32,000 nt of DNA from contig NZ_CP032551.1 of the NCBI RefSeq assembly GCF_009734345.1, forward strand, positions 1,890,001 through 1,922,000, read 5' to 3'. Within the stretch, counting starts at the first letter, position 1, and each line of letters opens with the position of its first letter. This DNA comes from Pseudidiomarina andamanensis. GTDB taxonomy: Bacteria > Pseudomonadota > Gammaproteobacteria > Enterobacterales > Alteromonadaceae. Shown piece after piece: positions 21,447 to 32,000 of this stretch. The translations under genes and the position numbers were made by a program. The notes under the pieces were generated by a model. That model did not search any database, had not been told where the DNA came from, and was given only the letters and a program-made list of their open reading frames with translations.

Positions 21447-21470
21447 ACGAATAACCAATAACGAACAACG
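21447..21470. repeat. Right arm of the inverted repeat bounding the tusA segment
   Basis: ACGAATAACCAATAACGAACAACG. Its reverse complement CGTTGTTCGTTATTGGTTATTCGT matches the left arm 24/24 apart from the left arm's 7-nt insertion. Confidence 0.8.
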
Positions 21471-21478
21471 CTTTTTAC

Positions 21479-24813
<3,335 letters not shown>

Positions 24814-24922
24814 ATTCGGTCTCCTTGAGCGTTTACTGATAATCAGATTGCTTTCGGTTAAAGTGGTTCTTATAGTCGCCCTAGAGTGTGGCCTTATTAG
24901 GGCAATTTTTCAATGATTTTTT

Positions 24923-24934
24923 AAACGTGCGTTT
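24923..24934. promoter_or_regulatory. AAAC-N4-GTTT palindrome, candidate PsrA-type (TetR family) operator in the fadB/slt divergent region
   Basis: AAACGTGCGTTT fits the published PsrA half-site pattern (G/C)AAAC-N2-4-GTTT(G/C). It lies about 110 nt upstream of the fadB ATG. Confidence 0.3.
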
Positions 24935-24939
24935 GAATT

Positions 24940-26919
24940 ATGTCGAATTGGTATCAGCAAGTTTGTGTGGTTGTATTGTGTACTAGCGGTTTGGTAAGTG
25001 GTGTTCATGCCAATGAATTATCAACCAGCCAAGCCACAACTAGCCCTATCGATGTGCGCGAGCAGCAACGTGAACTGTTTTTAGAAGCAGAAAAAGCATT
25101 GAAGCAGCGGCATCTAGATGAATACGCTCGACTCAAAGAAATATTAGAAGATTATCCTTTACTGCCTTACTTAGAGGCTGATTATATTCGCTTACTGGCT
25201 ACTGCCGAAGATGATAATCGGGTTGGTAACTTCCTTAACCAACATCATTTATCGCCATTGGGCTGGCAGGTACGTTCAGCCTGGCTCGATAAGCTGATGG
25301 ATGGCCATCATTACGAGCAATTTTTACGTTATTATGAATATCCCGGCAGTACCCGTCACCAATGTTTCATGGTTTACGCGCAGTTAGCGACAGGTACCGG
25401 TGATACGAAACCAGTGCTTCGTCTCGTGAATGATATTTGGTTAACCGGAGATTCTCTGCCAAAAGACTGCGACCCAATATTAGAGGCGTGGACGAATGCT
25501 GGAATGCGCACAACCGATATGGTTTGGCAACGCATTGTTCTGGCTGCTGAGGGGGGCAAGCACACGTTAATTCCTTATTTGCAGAAGATGTTGCCCATGC
25601 CCATGCAGTATCTGGCCGAGCATTATCATCGTGTGCGCCGTAACCCAGTGAACCTGAATGAGTTAAAGTTTTTAACCGGTAATTACCCTACACAGGAAAC
25701 GCAAATTGTTGCCTATGGTTTGGGACGATTGATCTGGCGCGACCCTGATTTGGCACTCAACCTTATCGATAACTTACCCGACCATATTAATTTTTCGGCG
25801 GAGCAATATCTTAAGCTTCGGCAGACGTTTGCGGTCGCCTTAAGTTTAAAAGATCACGATCAAGCCAGCCGTTGGCTTGCGCGAATTGATGCAACCGAAC
25901 ACACTGACGCAACCCTTCATTGGCAGCTAGCTGAGTGGCTTAGAGAAGGCGCGTGGACCCAAATTATGGGGTTGGTACCGCGTTTACCTGATTCACAGCG
26001 AGAGTCAGAGCAATGGCAATATTGGTTTGCCCGCTCGTTAGAGGCGCAAGGGTTCGAACCTGTATCTAAGCAAATATTTGAGCGTGTTGCGCAGCAGCGC
26101 AGTTACTATGGCTTTCTTGCGGCCGCGAAACTTCAGCAGCCATTAACACTGAGTCGAGATGCGCTTCAATTGCCCGCGGAGCATCTAAATCGCGTACGGC
26201 AATTGCCCGGCGTTCAGCGTGCTTATGAATTACGAGCACTCGATAGAAACTTAGATGCGCGGCGTGAATGGAATGCGTTAATTGAACATCAGCCTCCAAA
26301 TGATCAACGCGCGTTGGCAGTTATTGCAAGTGAATGGGGCTGGCATGATCAAGCCATTTATACATTGGGTATATTGGGCGAATACGATGCCATTGCTCAG
26401 CGTTTTCCAACGGCCTACATGGAAGAACATCAAGAATTCGCTAGCGCAGTGAATATTGATGTGAATTGGGCCTTGGCGGTATCGCGGCGCGAAAGCGCAT
26501 TTCGAGATGATGCGCGTTCACACGCTGGTGCTTATGGCCTTATGCAATTGCTGCCGAGCACAGCAAACTTAGTCGAGCGGCGAGATGTTAGCGTTCACGA
26601 ATTATTTAATCCTTCCTACAACATAAGGCTTGGCACTCGCTACCTCGCTGACTTGCAGCGTCGGCTTGGAAATAATTGGATCTTGGCGACAGCAGCGTAT
26701 AATGCTGGCATTTACCGGGTGTATGATTGGCTGCCAGCACAACCGATGGAGGTTGACCGCTGGATAGAACTCATTCCTTACGTTGAAACGAGAAACTATG
26801 TGAAGAATGTCTTGGCGTATCAACAAATCTATCGGACGTTACGCGAAAACGAGCTGCAACCGGAATTATTTGGTGAGTTAGTGCCCATGCAAATAAGCGG
26901 TGCACAACTAAAACGTTAG
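24940..26919 (+). CDS. slt: Soluble lytic murein transglycosylase (Slt70 type)
   Basis: 659 aa with a signal peptide, a long superhelical N-terminal region, and a C-terminal SLT catalytic domain (SRRESAFRDDARSHAGAYGLMQLLPSTA, AAYNAG). Confidence 0.9.
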   Translation: MSNWYQQVCVVVLCTSGLVSGVHANELSTSQATTSPIDVREQQRELFLEAEKALKQRHLDEYARLKEILEDYPLLPYLEADYIRLLATAEDDNRVGNFLNQHHLSPLGWQVRSAWLDKLMDGHHYEQFLRYYEYPGSTRHQCFMVYAQLATGTGDTKPVLRLVNDIWLTGDSLPKDCDPILEAWTNAGMRTTDMVWQRIVLAAEGGKHTLIPYLQKMLPMPMQYLAEHYHRVRRNPVNLNELKFLTGNYPTQETQIVAYGLGRLIWRDPDLALNLIDNLPDHINFSAEQYLKLRQTFAVALSLKDHDQASRWLARIDATEHTDATLHWQLAEWLREGAWTQIMGLVPRLPDSQRESEQWQYWFARSLEAQGFEPVSKQIFERVAQQRSYYGFLAAAKLQQPLTLSRDALQLPAEHLNRVRQLPGVQRAYELRALDRNLDARREWNALIEHQPPNDQRALAVIASEWGWHDQAIYTLGILGEYDAIAQRFPTAYMEEHQEFASAVNIDVNWALAVSRRESAFRDDARSHAGAYGLMQLLPSTANLVERRDVSVHELFNPSYNIRLGTRYLADLQRRLGNNWILATAAYNAGIYRVYDWLPAQPMEVDRWIELIPYVETRNYVKNVLAYQQIYRTLRENELQPELFGELVPMQISGAQLKR

Positions 26920-26926
26920 GTAGGAT

Positions 26927-27547
26927 ATGAGTGGATATCGGGTGCCGAGTGCGCCGGCAACCCATGAAATAATCATTAAGAACAGCCGATTTATTGCGTC
27001 AGCTCGTCACGCTGACTCCGCTGCCGCGCATCAACAGCATATACGCGACTGTCAGCAACAATGGCCTGGGGCCAACCATTATTGTACGGCGGCAGTGTAT
27101 GCAGAGCCAAACAACAGTCAAACTTATGCCATGAGTGATGACGGTGAACCTTCAGGTACCGCGGGGCGGCCGATGTTTCATGTGTTACAAAGTAGCGGTA
27201 TTGGCGAGATTTCGGTCGTTGTAACGCGTTATTTTGGCGGCGTGAAACTGGGTACCGGTGGCTTACAACGAGCTTACAGCCAAGCGGTCAGTGAAGTACT
27301 TAAAGTTTTGACCTGTCATGAAAAAATACTACGCAAAGCGGCACAGATAAACTACGATTATGCAGACCAAAGTGTGGTTTCCCACGCACTACAAAGCTAT
27401 GATGCGGTAATAAAAGAACAACAATTTACAGCTCATATTGAAGCGACACTTTATATTGTGGCTGATACAGCACAAACGCTTCAATCCGACATAAAAAATG
27501 CTACGCAAGGGCGCGTAGTCATGACAATTATAAATGAGGACGGCTAG
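26927..27547 (+). CDS. yigZ: IMPACT family protein YigZ
   Basis: IKNSRFIASA...NHYCTAAVY...DDGEPSGTAGRPM...VVVTRYFGGVKLGTGGL is the UPF0029/IMPACT N-domain signature. yigZ-trkH synteny as in E. coli. Confidence 0.85.
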   Translation: MSGYRVPSAPATHEIIIKNSRFIASARHADSAAAHQQHIRDCQQQWPGANHYCTAAVYAEPNNSQTYAMSDDGEPSGTAGRPMFHVLQSSGIGEISVVVTRYFGGVKLGTGGLQRAYSQAVSEVLKVLTCHEKILRKAAQINYDYADQSVVSHALQSYDAVIKEQQFTAHIEATLYIVADTAQTLQSDIKNATQGRVVMTIINEDG

Positions 27548-28998
27548 TGCGCTTTCGCGGCATACTTCGTATTCTAGGACTACTTATTTGCCTTTTTAGT
27601 GCGACATTGATCCCGCCAGGTATCGTAGCACTGATTTATGAAGACGGCGGCGGCGTCGCTTTCTTGTTGGCATTTATTGTCAGTATCACCGTTGGTTTTC
27701 TGGTTTGGTATCCGAATCGTCACGAACATTCAGACCTCAAAGTGCGAGACGGCTTTTTGCTCACCGTTTTGTTTTGGACGGTACTGGGCTCTGTGGGTAT
27801 TTTGCCGCTGTGGTTTACCGCTGAAGTACAGCTTTCAATTACTGATGCCGCATTTGAATCCTTTTCTGGTTTAACTACGACTGGTGCAACCATCTTAACC
27901 GGCATTGAGTACTTACCGCATAGTATTTTGTTCTATCGCCAGCAACTGCAATGGCTCGGTGGTATGGGTATTATCGTGTTAGCGGTAGCAATACTGCCAA
28001 TGCTTGGTATTGGTGGCATGCAGTTGTATCGCGCAGAAATTCCTGGGCCGCTGAAAGACGCTAAAATGACGCCCCGAATTGCCGATACGGCCAAGCACTT
28101 ATGGTACATCTATGTGGCGTTAACCGCCGTTTGTGCCATAGCCTATAAACTAGCTGGAATGGGTTGGTTTGATGCGATTGGGCATGCATTTTCGACCATT
28201 GCTGTTGGCGGCTTTAGTACTTACGACGCCAGCATGGGTTACTTTGACAGTTCCTTGATCAACACCATCTGTGTCGTATTTCTACTCCTGTCATCGATTA
28301 ACTTTGCAGTTCACTATGCAGCTATCACGGGTCGTACCCTACTGGGTTACTTTAAAGATCCGGAAGTACGCGGGTTTATTTTTATTCAGGTTATACTGAT
28401 TATCATCGTGTTCATGACAGTGTTGGTTCATAAAATATTCGACAACACCGAAACAGCCTTCAACCAAGCCATGTTCCAAGCTGTGTCAATTAGCACAACA
28501 GCCGGTTTCGCGACCACCGATTTTTCGAGCTGGCCATTGTTTTTACCGATACTTCTTATCTTCGCTAGCTTTATAGGTGGCAGCGCAAGCTCTACCGCAG
28601 GGGGCTTGAAAGTTGTTCGAGTCTTGCTATTGTTCCGTCAAGGTGTGCGCGAATTGAATCGCTTAGTGCATCCGCAGGGCATGTATTCCGTGAAGCTAGG
28701 GAAGCGCATTGTACCGCCGCGAGTGGTGGAGGCCGTATGGGGCTTCTTTGCGGCTTATGCGCTGGTGTTTGTTGTCATTATGCTTGGGCTATTAGCGACG
28801 GGGCTAGATGACATCACTGCATTCTCCGCAACCGCAGCCTGTTTGAATAACTTAGGTCCGGGCTTGGGTGATGTTGCGGCTAACTATGCCGGTATTTCAG
28901 ACACTGCAAAATGGCTACTGGTTGTAGCCATGTTGTTTGGGCGCCTTGAGGTATTCACCATCTTGGTGCTACTAACGCCAACATTCTGGCGCAGTTAG
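27547..28998 (+). CDS. trkH: Trk potassium uptake system membrane subunit TrkH
   Basis: 483-aa polytopic protein. The N-terminus [36 protein letters not shown] parallels E. coli TrkH. The GTG start overlaps the yigZ TAG by 1 nt. Confidence 0.92.
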   Translation: MRFRGILRILGLLICLFSATLIPPGIVALIYEDGGGVAFLLAFIVSITVGFLVWYPNRHEHSDLKVRDGFLLTVLFWTVLGSVGILPLWFTAEVQLSITDAAFESFSGLTTTGATILTGIEYLPHSILFYRQQLQWLGGMGIIVLAVAILPMLGIGGMQLYRAEIPGPLKDAKMTPRIADTAKHLWYIYVALTAVCAIAYKLAGMGWFDAIGHAFSTIAVGGFSTYDASMGYFDSSLINTICVVFLLLSSINFAVHYAAITGRTLLGYFKDPEVRGFIFIQVILIIIVFMTVLVHKIFDNTETAFNQAMFQAVSISTTAGFATTDFSSWPLFLPILLIFASFIGGSASSTAGGLKVVRVLLLFRQGVRELNRLVHPQGMYSVKLGKRIVPPRVVEAVWGFFAAYALVFVVIMLGLLATGLDDITAFSATAACLNNLGPGLGDVAANYAGISDTAKWLLVVAMLFGRLEVFTILVLLTPTFWRS

Positions 28999-30371
28999 AA
29001 GAATAGGGCGCTTGGTTGGAACAAGCGCTCTACCTCGCGAATATATTTCTTATCGACTAAGAACAGAATCACGTGGTCATCTGCTTGCAGTACAGTGTCA
29101 TCATGGGCAATGAGTACTTCATTTCCGCGCACAATAGCACCGATTGTGGTACCTGGCGGTAGCTTGATCTCGTCAATGGTTTTGCCAATAACTTTCGAGG
29201 TTTTCTCATCACCGTGAGCGATAGCTTCGATTGCTTCTGCAGCGCCTTTTCGGAGTGAGTAGGCATTCACTATATCGCCTTTGCGAATAAGCGACAACAA
29301 TGCTGAAACGGTCGCGCGTTGCGGCGAAATGGCAATATCAATGACGTTATCTTGAACGAGGTCGACATACGCTTGGCGCTGAATCAGTACCATTGTTTTC
29401 TTCGCGCCCAGTTTTTTCGCTAACATGGCCGACATAATATTGGCTTCATCGTCGTTGGTTACCGCAATAAACACATCCATATCTTCAATGTGTTCTTCGG
29501 TAAGCAAGCGTTCATCAGAAGCATCCCCCTGCAAAATAGTGGTATTTTGTAGGCTTTCGTTAAGTGCTTCGGCACGCTCTTTGTTATGTTCGATAAGTTT
29601 AACGCGGTGATTTTCTTCGAGCAACGACGCTAGTCCAGCACCAACATTACCGCCGCCGGCAATCATCACGCGGCGATATTGATGCTCGAGCTTTTGCATT
29701 TCTTCCATGACCATGCGCACATAACGGGTGTCTGCGATAAAGAATATCTCATCGCCCGCTTCAATAATGGTGGTGCCCATGGGTTTAATGGCTTGGCCTT
29801 GACGGAAAATTGCGGCAACGCGCGTTTCCACATTTGGCATATGACTTTTTAACGTTGAAATAGCATGACCAACTAATTTACCACCGTAATACGCGCGCAC
29901 AGCCACCAAGCTAGCGCGCCCTCCAGCAAACTCCATGACTTGCAGCGCTCCAGGATAATCCACCAAGCGCTTAATGTAGTGGGTAACTTGCTGTTCAGGG
30001 GAGATCAGGTAATCGACCGGAATATCATCTTTGTGGAATAGCTTATCTTTGTAGTCGCTATATTCTTGTGAACGAATACGAGCAATGCGCTTCGGCGTAC
30101 GATACAGTGTGTAGGCAATTTGACATGCCAGCATATTGGTTTCGTCACTTGGCGTTACCGCAATCAACATATCAGCGTCTTCACACCCCGCTTGGCGCAG
30201 CACGCGCGGATGCGATGCATAACCTTCAATGGTGCGAATATCGTGAAGTTCAGACAGGGCTTCGAGGCGCGATTTATCCGTATCTACAACGGTAATATCG
30301 TTGTCTTCGCCTACTAAGTTTTCAGCTAACGTGCCGCCAACCTGACCACCGCCTAAAATCACTATTTTCAT
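28995..30371 (-). CDS. trkA: Trk system NAD-binding subunit TrkA
   Basis: 458 aa with two Rossmann/RCK repeats ([16 protein letters not shown] and [14 protein letters not shown]). Its start shares ATGA with the rsmB stop. Confidence 0.95.
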   Translation of the reverse strand: MKIVILGGGQVGGTLAENLVGEDNDITVVDTDKSRLEALSELHDIRTIEGYASHPRVLRQAGCEDADMLIAVTPSDETNMLACQIAYTLYRTPKRIARIRSQEYSDYKDKLFHKDDIPVDYLISPEQQVTHYIKRLVDYPGALQVMEFAGGRASLVAVRAYYGGKLVGHAISTLKSHMPNVETRVAAIFRQGQAIKPMGTTIIEAGDEIFFIADTRYVRMVMEEMQKLEHQYRRVMIAGGGNVGAGLASLLEENHRVKLIEHNKERAEALNESLQNTTILQGDASDERLLTEEHIEDMDVFIAVTNDDEANIMSAMLAKKLGAKKTMVLIQRQAYVDLVQDNVIDIAISPQRATVSALLSLIRKGDIVNAYSLRKGAAEAIEAIAHGDEKTSKVIGKTIDEIKLPPGTTIGAIVRGNEVLIAHDDTVLQADDHVILFLVDKKYIREVERLFQPSALFF

Positions 30372-31675
30372 TTGCGCTTTTCCAGTTTTGCGTAATAAAA
30401 CCCATCACCATTGTGATCACCGGGTAACCATTGCCACTCTACTGCGCCATCGGGTTTCGTTGCAACTGCTATTGCATCGGTATGGCGTTGTTTAAATGCT
30501 TCAATTTGAAGTGTATTTTCATCTGCCAGTATAGAACATGTGGCATACAGTAGCGTGCCACCAGGCTTTAACGTTGGCCACAAGGCATCTAGAATCTGTT
30601 CTTGAATAGCAACGAGCTCGGCAATATCACTGTCGCGACGTAACCACTTGATATCTGGGTGGCGGCGAATAACACCGGTTGCCGAACATGGCGCGTCGAG
30701 CAAAATACGATCAAATAATTGCCCGTTCCACCAGTCGGTGTTGGTGGCATCGGCCTCACGTACGTCGGCTTTCAACTGTAGTCGCTGCAAGTTTTCATGA
30801 ACGCGTTTCAAGCGCTGTGCATCGGCGTCAATCGCCAACACTTGCGCTTTAGGCTGCTTTTCCAAAATATGCGCGGTTTTTCCACCCGGTGCAGCACAGC
30901 AATCGAGAATACGTTCGCCAGCTTGTGCATCAAGTAACCATGCCGCGTGTTGTGCGGCGATATCTTGTACCGAAACCCAGCCATCTTGAAAATGAGGTAG
31001 TTGTTGCACATCAACAGCATTGACCAGTTGTATGGCGGTTTCTAACGGTGCTTCGGCAACGGCTTCTATATCAGCCTCGCGCAACAGCTCAAGGTATTCT
31101 GCGCGGTTCGTATGTTGACTATTAATACGTAACCACATCGGCGCTTGACCATTATTTGCCGTAAAAATTGCCTCTGCTTGGGCTGGATAATGCTGGGTAA
31201 TTCTATCGGCAAGCCAGCGCGGGTGACCGTGTAACAGCGCGGGTTTTGCATTGAGTTGCAGTTGTAGTTGTGGCAGCTGGCGTTGCAAGTTTCGTAACAC
31301 GCCATTCACCAAGCCTTTTTGCTTACCGCGTTTTAATAACACCGCTGCATCGACCGTAGCTGAAACCGCAGCGTGTTCAGCTGAGCCCATATAAACGAGT
31401 TGATAGGCGCCAACCAACAAGAGACTGTGCAAGATCTTTAGCTCACCTTTGAGGGGCTTGCTAATTAAGGCGCCAACCATAAAGTTTAGCGCTGGTAAAT
31501 GACGTAATGTGCCGTAAGCCAGTGCTTGCGCCATGCCTTTATCACGTGGTGCCAGTTGCCGGTTCAAAGCTGGCAGCGCTTGGCTGAGCGAACGACCTTG
31601 TTCAATAACCTGGAACACTGCTTGGGCAGCTACAGCACGACTGTCGGCTCCGGGGCGCACGTTGGTTTGGCTCAT
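30368..31675 (-). CDS. rsmB: 16S rRNA (cytosine967-C5)-methyltransferase RsmB
   Basis: N-terminal NusB-like domain and a C-terminal SAM methyltransferase ([29 protein letters not shown]). The start is trimmed to the ATG at 31675, which shares ATGA with the fmt stop. Confidence 0.9.
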   Translation of the reverse strand: MSQTNVRPGADSRAVAAQAVFQVIEQGRSLSQALPALNRQLAPRDKGMAQALAYGTLRHLPALNFMVGALISKPLKGELKILHSLLLVGAYQLVYMGSAEHAAVSATVDAAVLLKRGKQKGLVNGVLRNLQRQLPQLQLQLNAKPALLHGHPRWLADRITQHYPAQAEAIFTANNGQAPMWLRINSQHTNRAEYLELLREADIEAVAEAPLETAIQLVNAVDVQQLPHFQDGWVSVQDIAAQHAAWLLDAQAGERILDCCAAPGGKTAHILEKQPKAQVLAIDADAQRLKRVHENLQRLQLKADVREADATNTDWWNGQLFDRILLDAPCSATGVIRRHPDIKWLRRDSDIAELVAIQEQILDALWPTLKPGGTLLYATCSILADENTLQIEAFKQRHTDAIAVATKPDGAVEWQWLPGDHNGDGFYYAKLEKRK

Positions 31676-32000
31676 GACTGTACCTGAGGTAGCGAGGTGT
31701 TTGGTGTAAGCCAATCGCTACGGCCATTAAGGAAGTCTGCGGCAGCCATTGGTTTTTTACCCGCAGGCTGAAGCTCGAGTAAACGGAGTGCTTGATCGGC
31801 AGTTTGAACAACAACGCCGTATTTGTCAGCTTGTAAAATTGTGCCTGGCGCTGCCTTGGTGCCTTCAACAACATCGGCCCGCCATACTTTCACAATCTCC
31901 CCGTTCGCACAGCTAAGCCAACATATAGGCCAAGGATTGAATGCTCGAACCCATCGTTCTAGCGCTTCGGCAGGTTGCTGCCAATCGAGTTGCGCTTCTT
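31672..32000 (-). CDS. fmt: Methionyl-tRNA formyltransferase, C-terminal part (5' end beyond the window)
   Basis: The frame stays open to nt 32000. Hand translation ...LDWQQPAEALERWVRAFNPWPICWL...VKVWRADVV...LQPAGKKPMAAADFLNG parallels the E. coli Fmt C-terminal domain. The track's start at 31893 is an internal GTG. Confidence 0.9.
   Translation of the reverse strand, partial: EAQLDWQQPAEALERWVRAFNPWPICWLSCANGEIVKVWRADVVEGTKAAPGTILQADKYGVVVQTADQALRLLELQPAGKKPMAAADFLNGRSDWLTPNTSLPQVQS

Noticed and set aside
21057-21470. The tusA segment as an integron cassette with an attC site, or as an IS or transposon
   Set aside because: There is no integrase or transposase in the window. There are no RYYYAAC/GTTRRRY core sites that I can align, and no target-site duplication. 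It is kept only as a compositional and repeat anomaly.
24836-24846. The palindrome CTGATAATCAG in the fadB 5' UTR as a FadR operator
   Set aside because: The FadR sites I know (for example ATCTGGTACGACCAGAT) have CTGGT/ACCAG half-sites separated by 3 nt. Here the half-sites are CTGAT/ATCAG separated by 1 nt.

Overview
This window is an origin-proximal core chromosome segment of a gammaproteobacterium with mid-40s % GC. The taxon guess (marine, Alteromonadales-like) rests on gene order only and is low confidence. The backbone is housekeeping: mnmE-yidC-yidD-rnpA-rpmH diverges from dnaA-dnaN-recF-gyrB. Then come glyQS, tag plus a GNAT gene, tusA, fadBA, slt, yigZ-trkH, and fmt-rsmB-trkA. I saw no rRNA, tRNA, CRISPR array, transposase or integrase. 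Two places are not ordinary. (1) At 1665-6585, a six-gene unit sits between a transporter gene and mnmE. It encodes an ECF sigma factor, an RskA-type anti-sigma factor, a DUF4331 protein, a cadherin-like lipoprotein, a TPR-like protein and a small secreted protein. Three junctions have overlapping start/stop codons. The same promoter-like motif occurs in front of the sigma gene and the DUF4331 gene. A 15-bp long-range stem can sequester the DUF4331 ribosome-binding site. This is my best candidate for an uncharacterised system. (2) At 21057-21470, tusA has clearly higher GC and CTG/CGC-rich codon usage. It lies in a 414-bp segment bounded by a 24-bp inverted repeat that fills the whole gap between its neighbours. 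Everything here comes from reading the sequence and ORF track by eye. No searches were run, so family assignments are motif and synteny recognition only.
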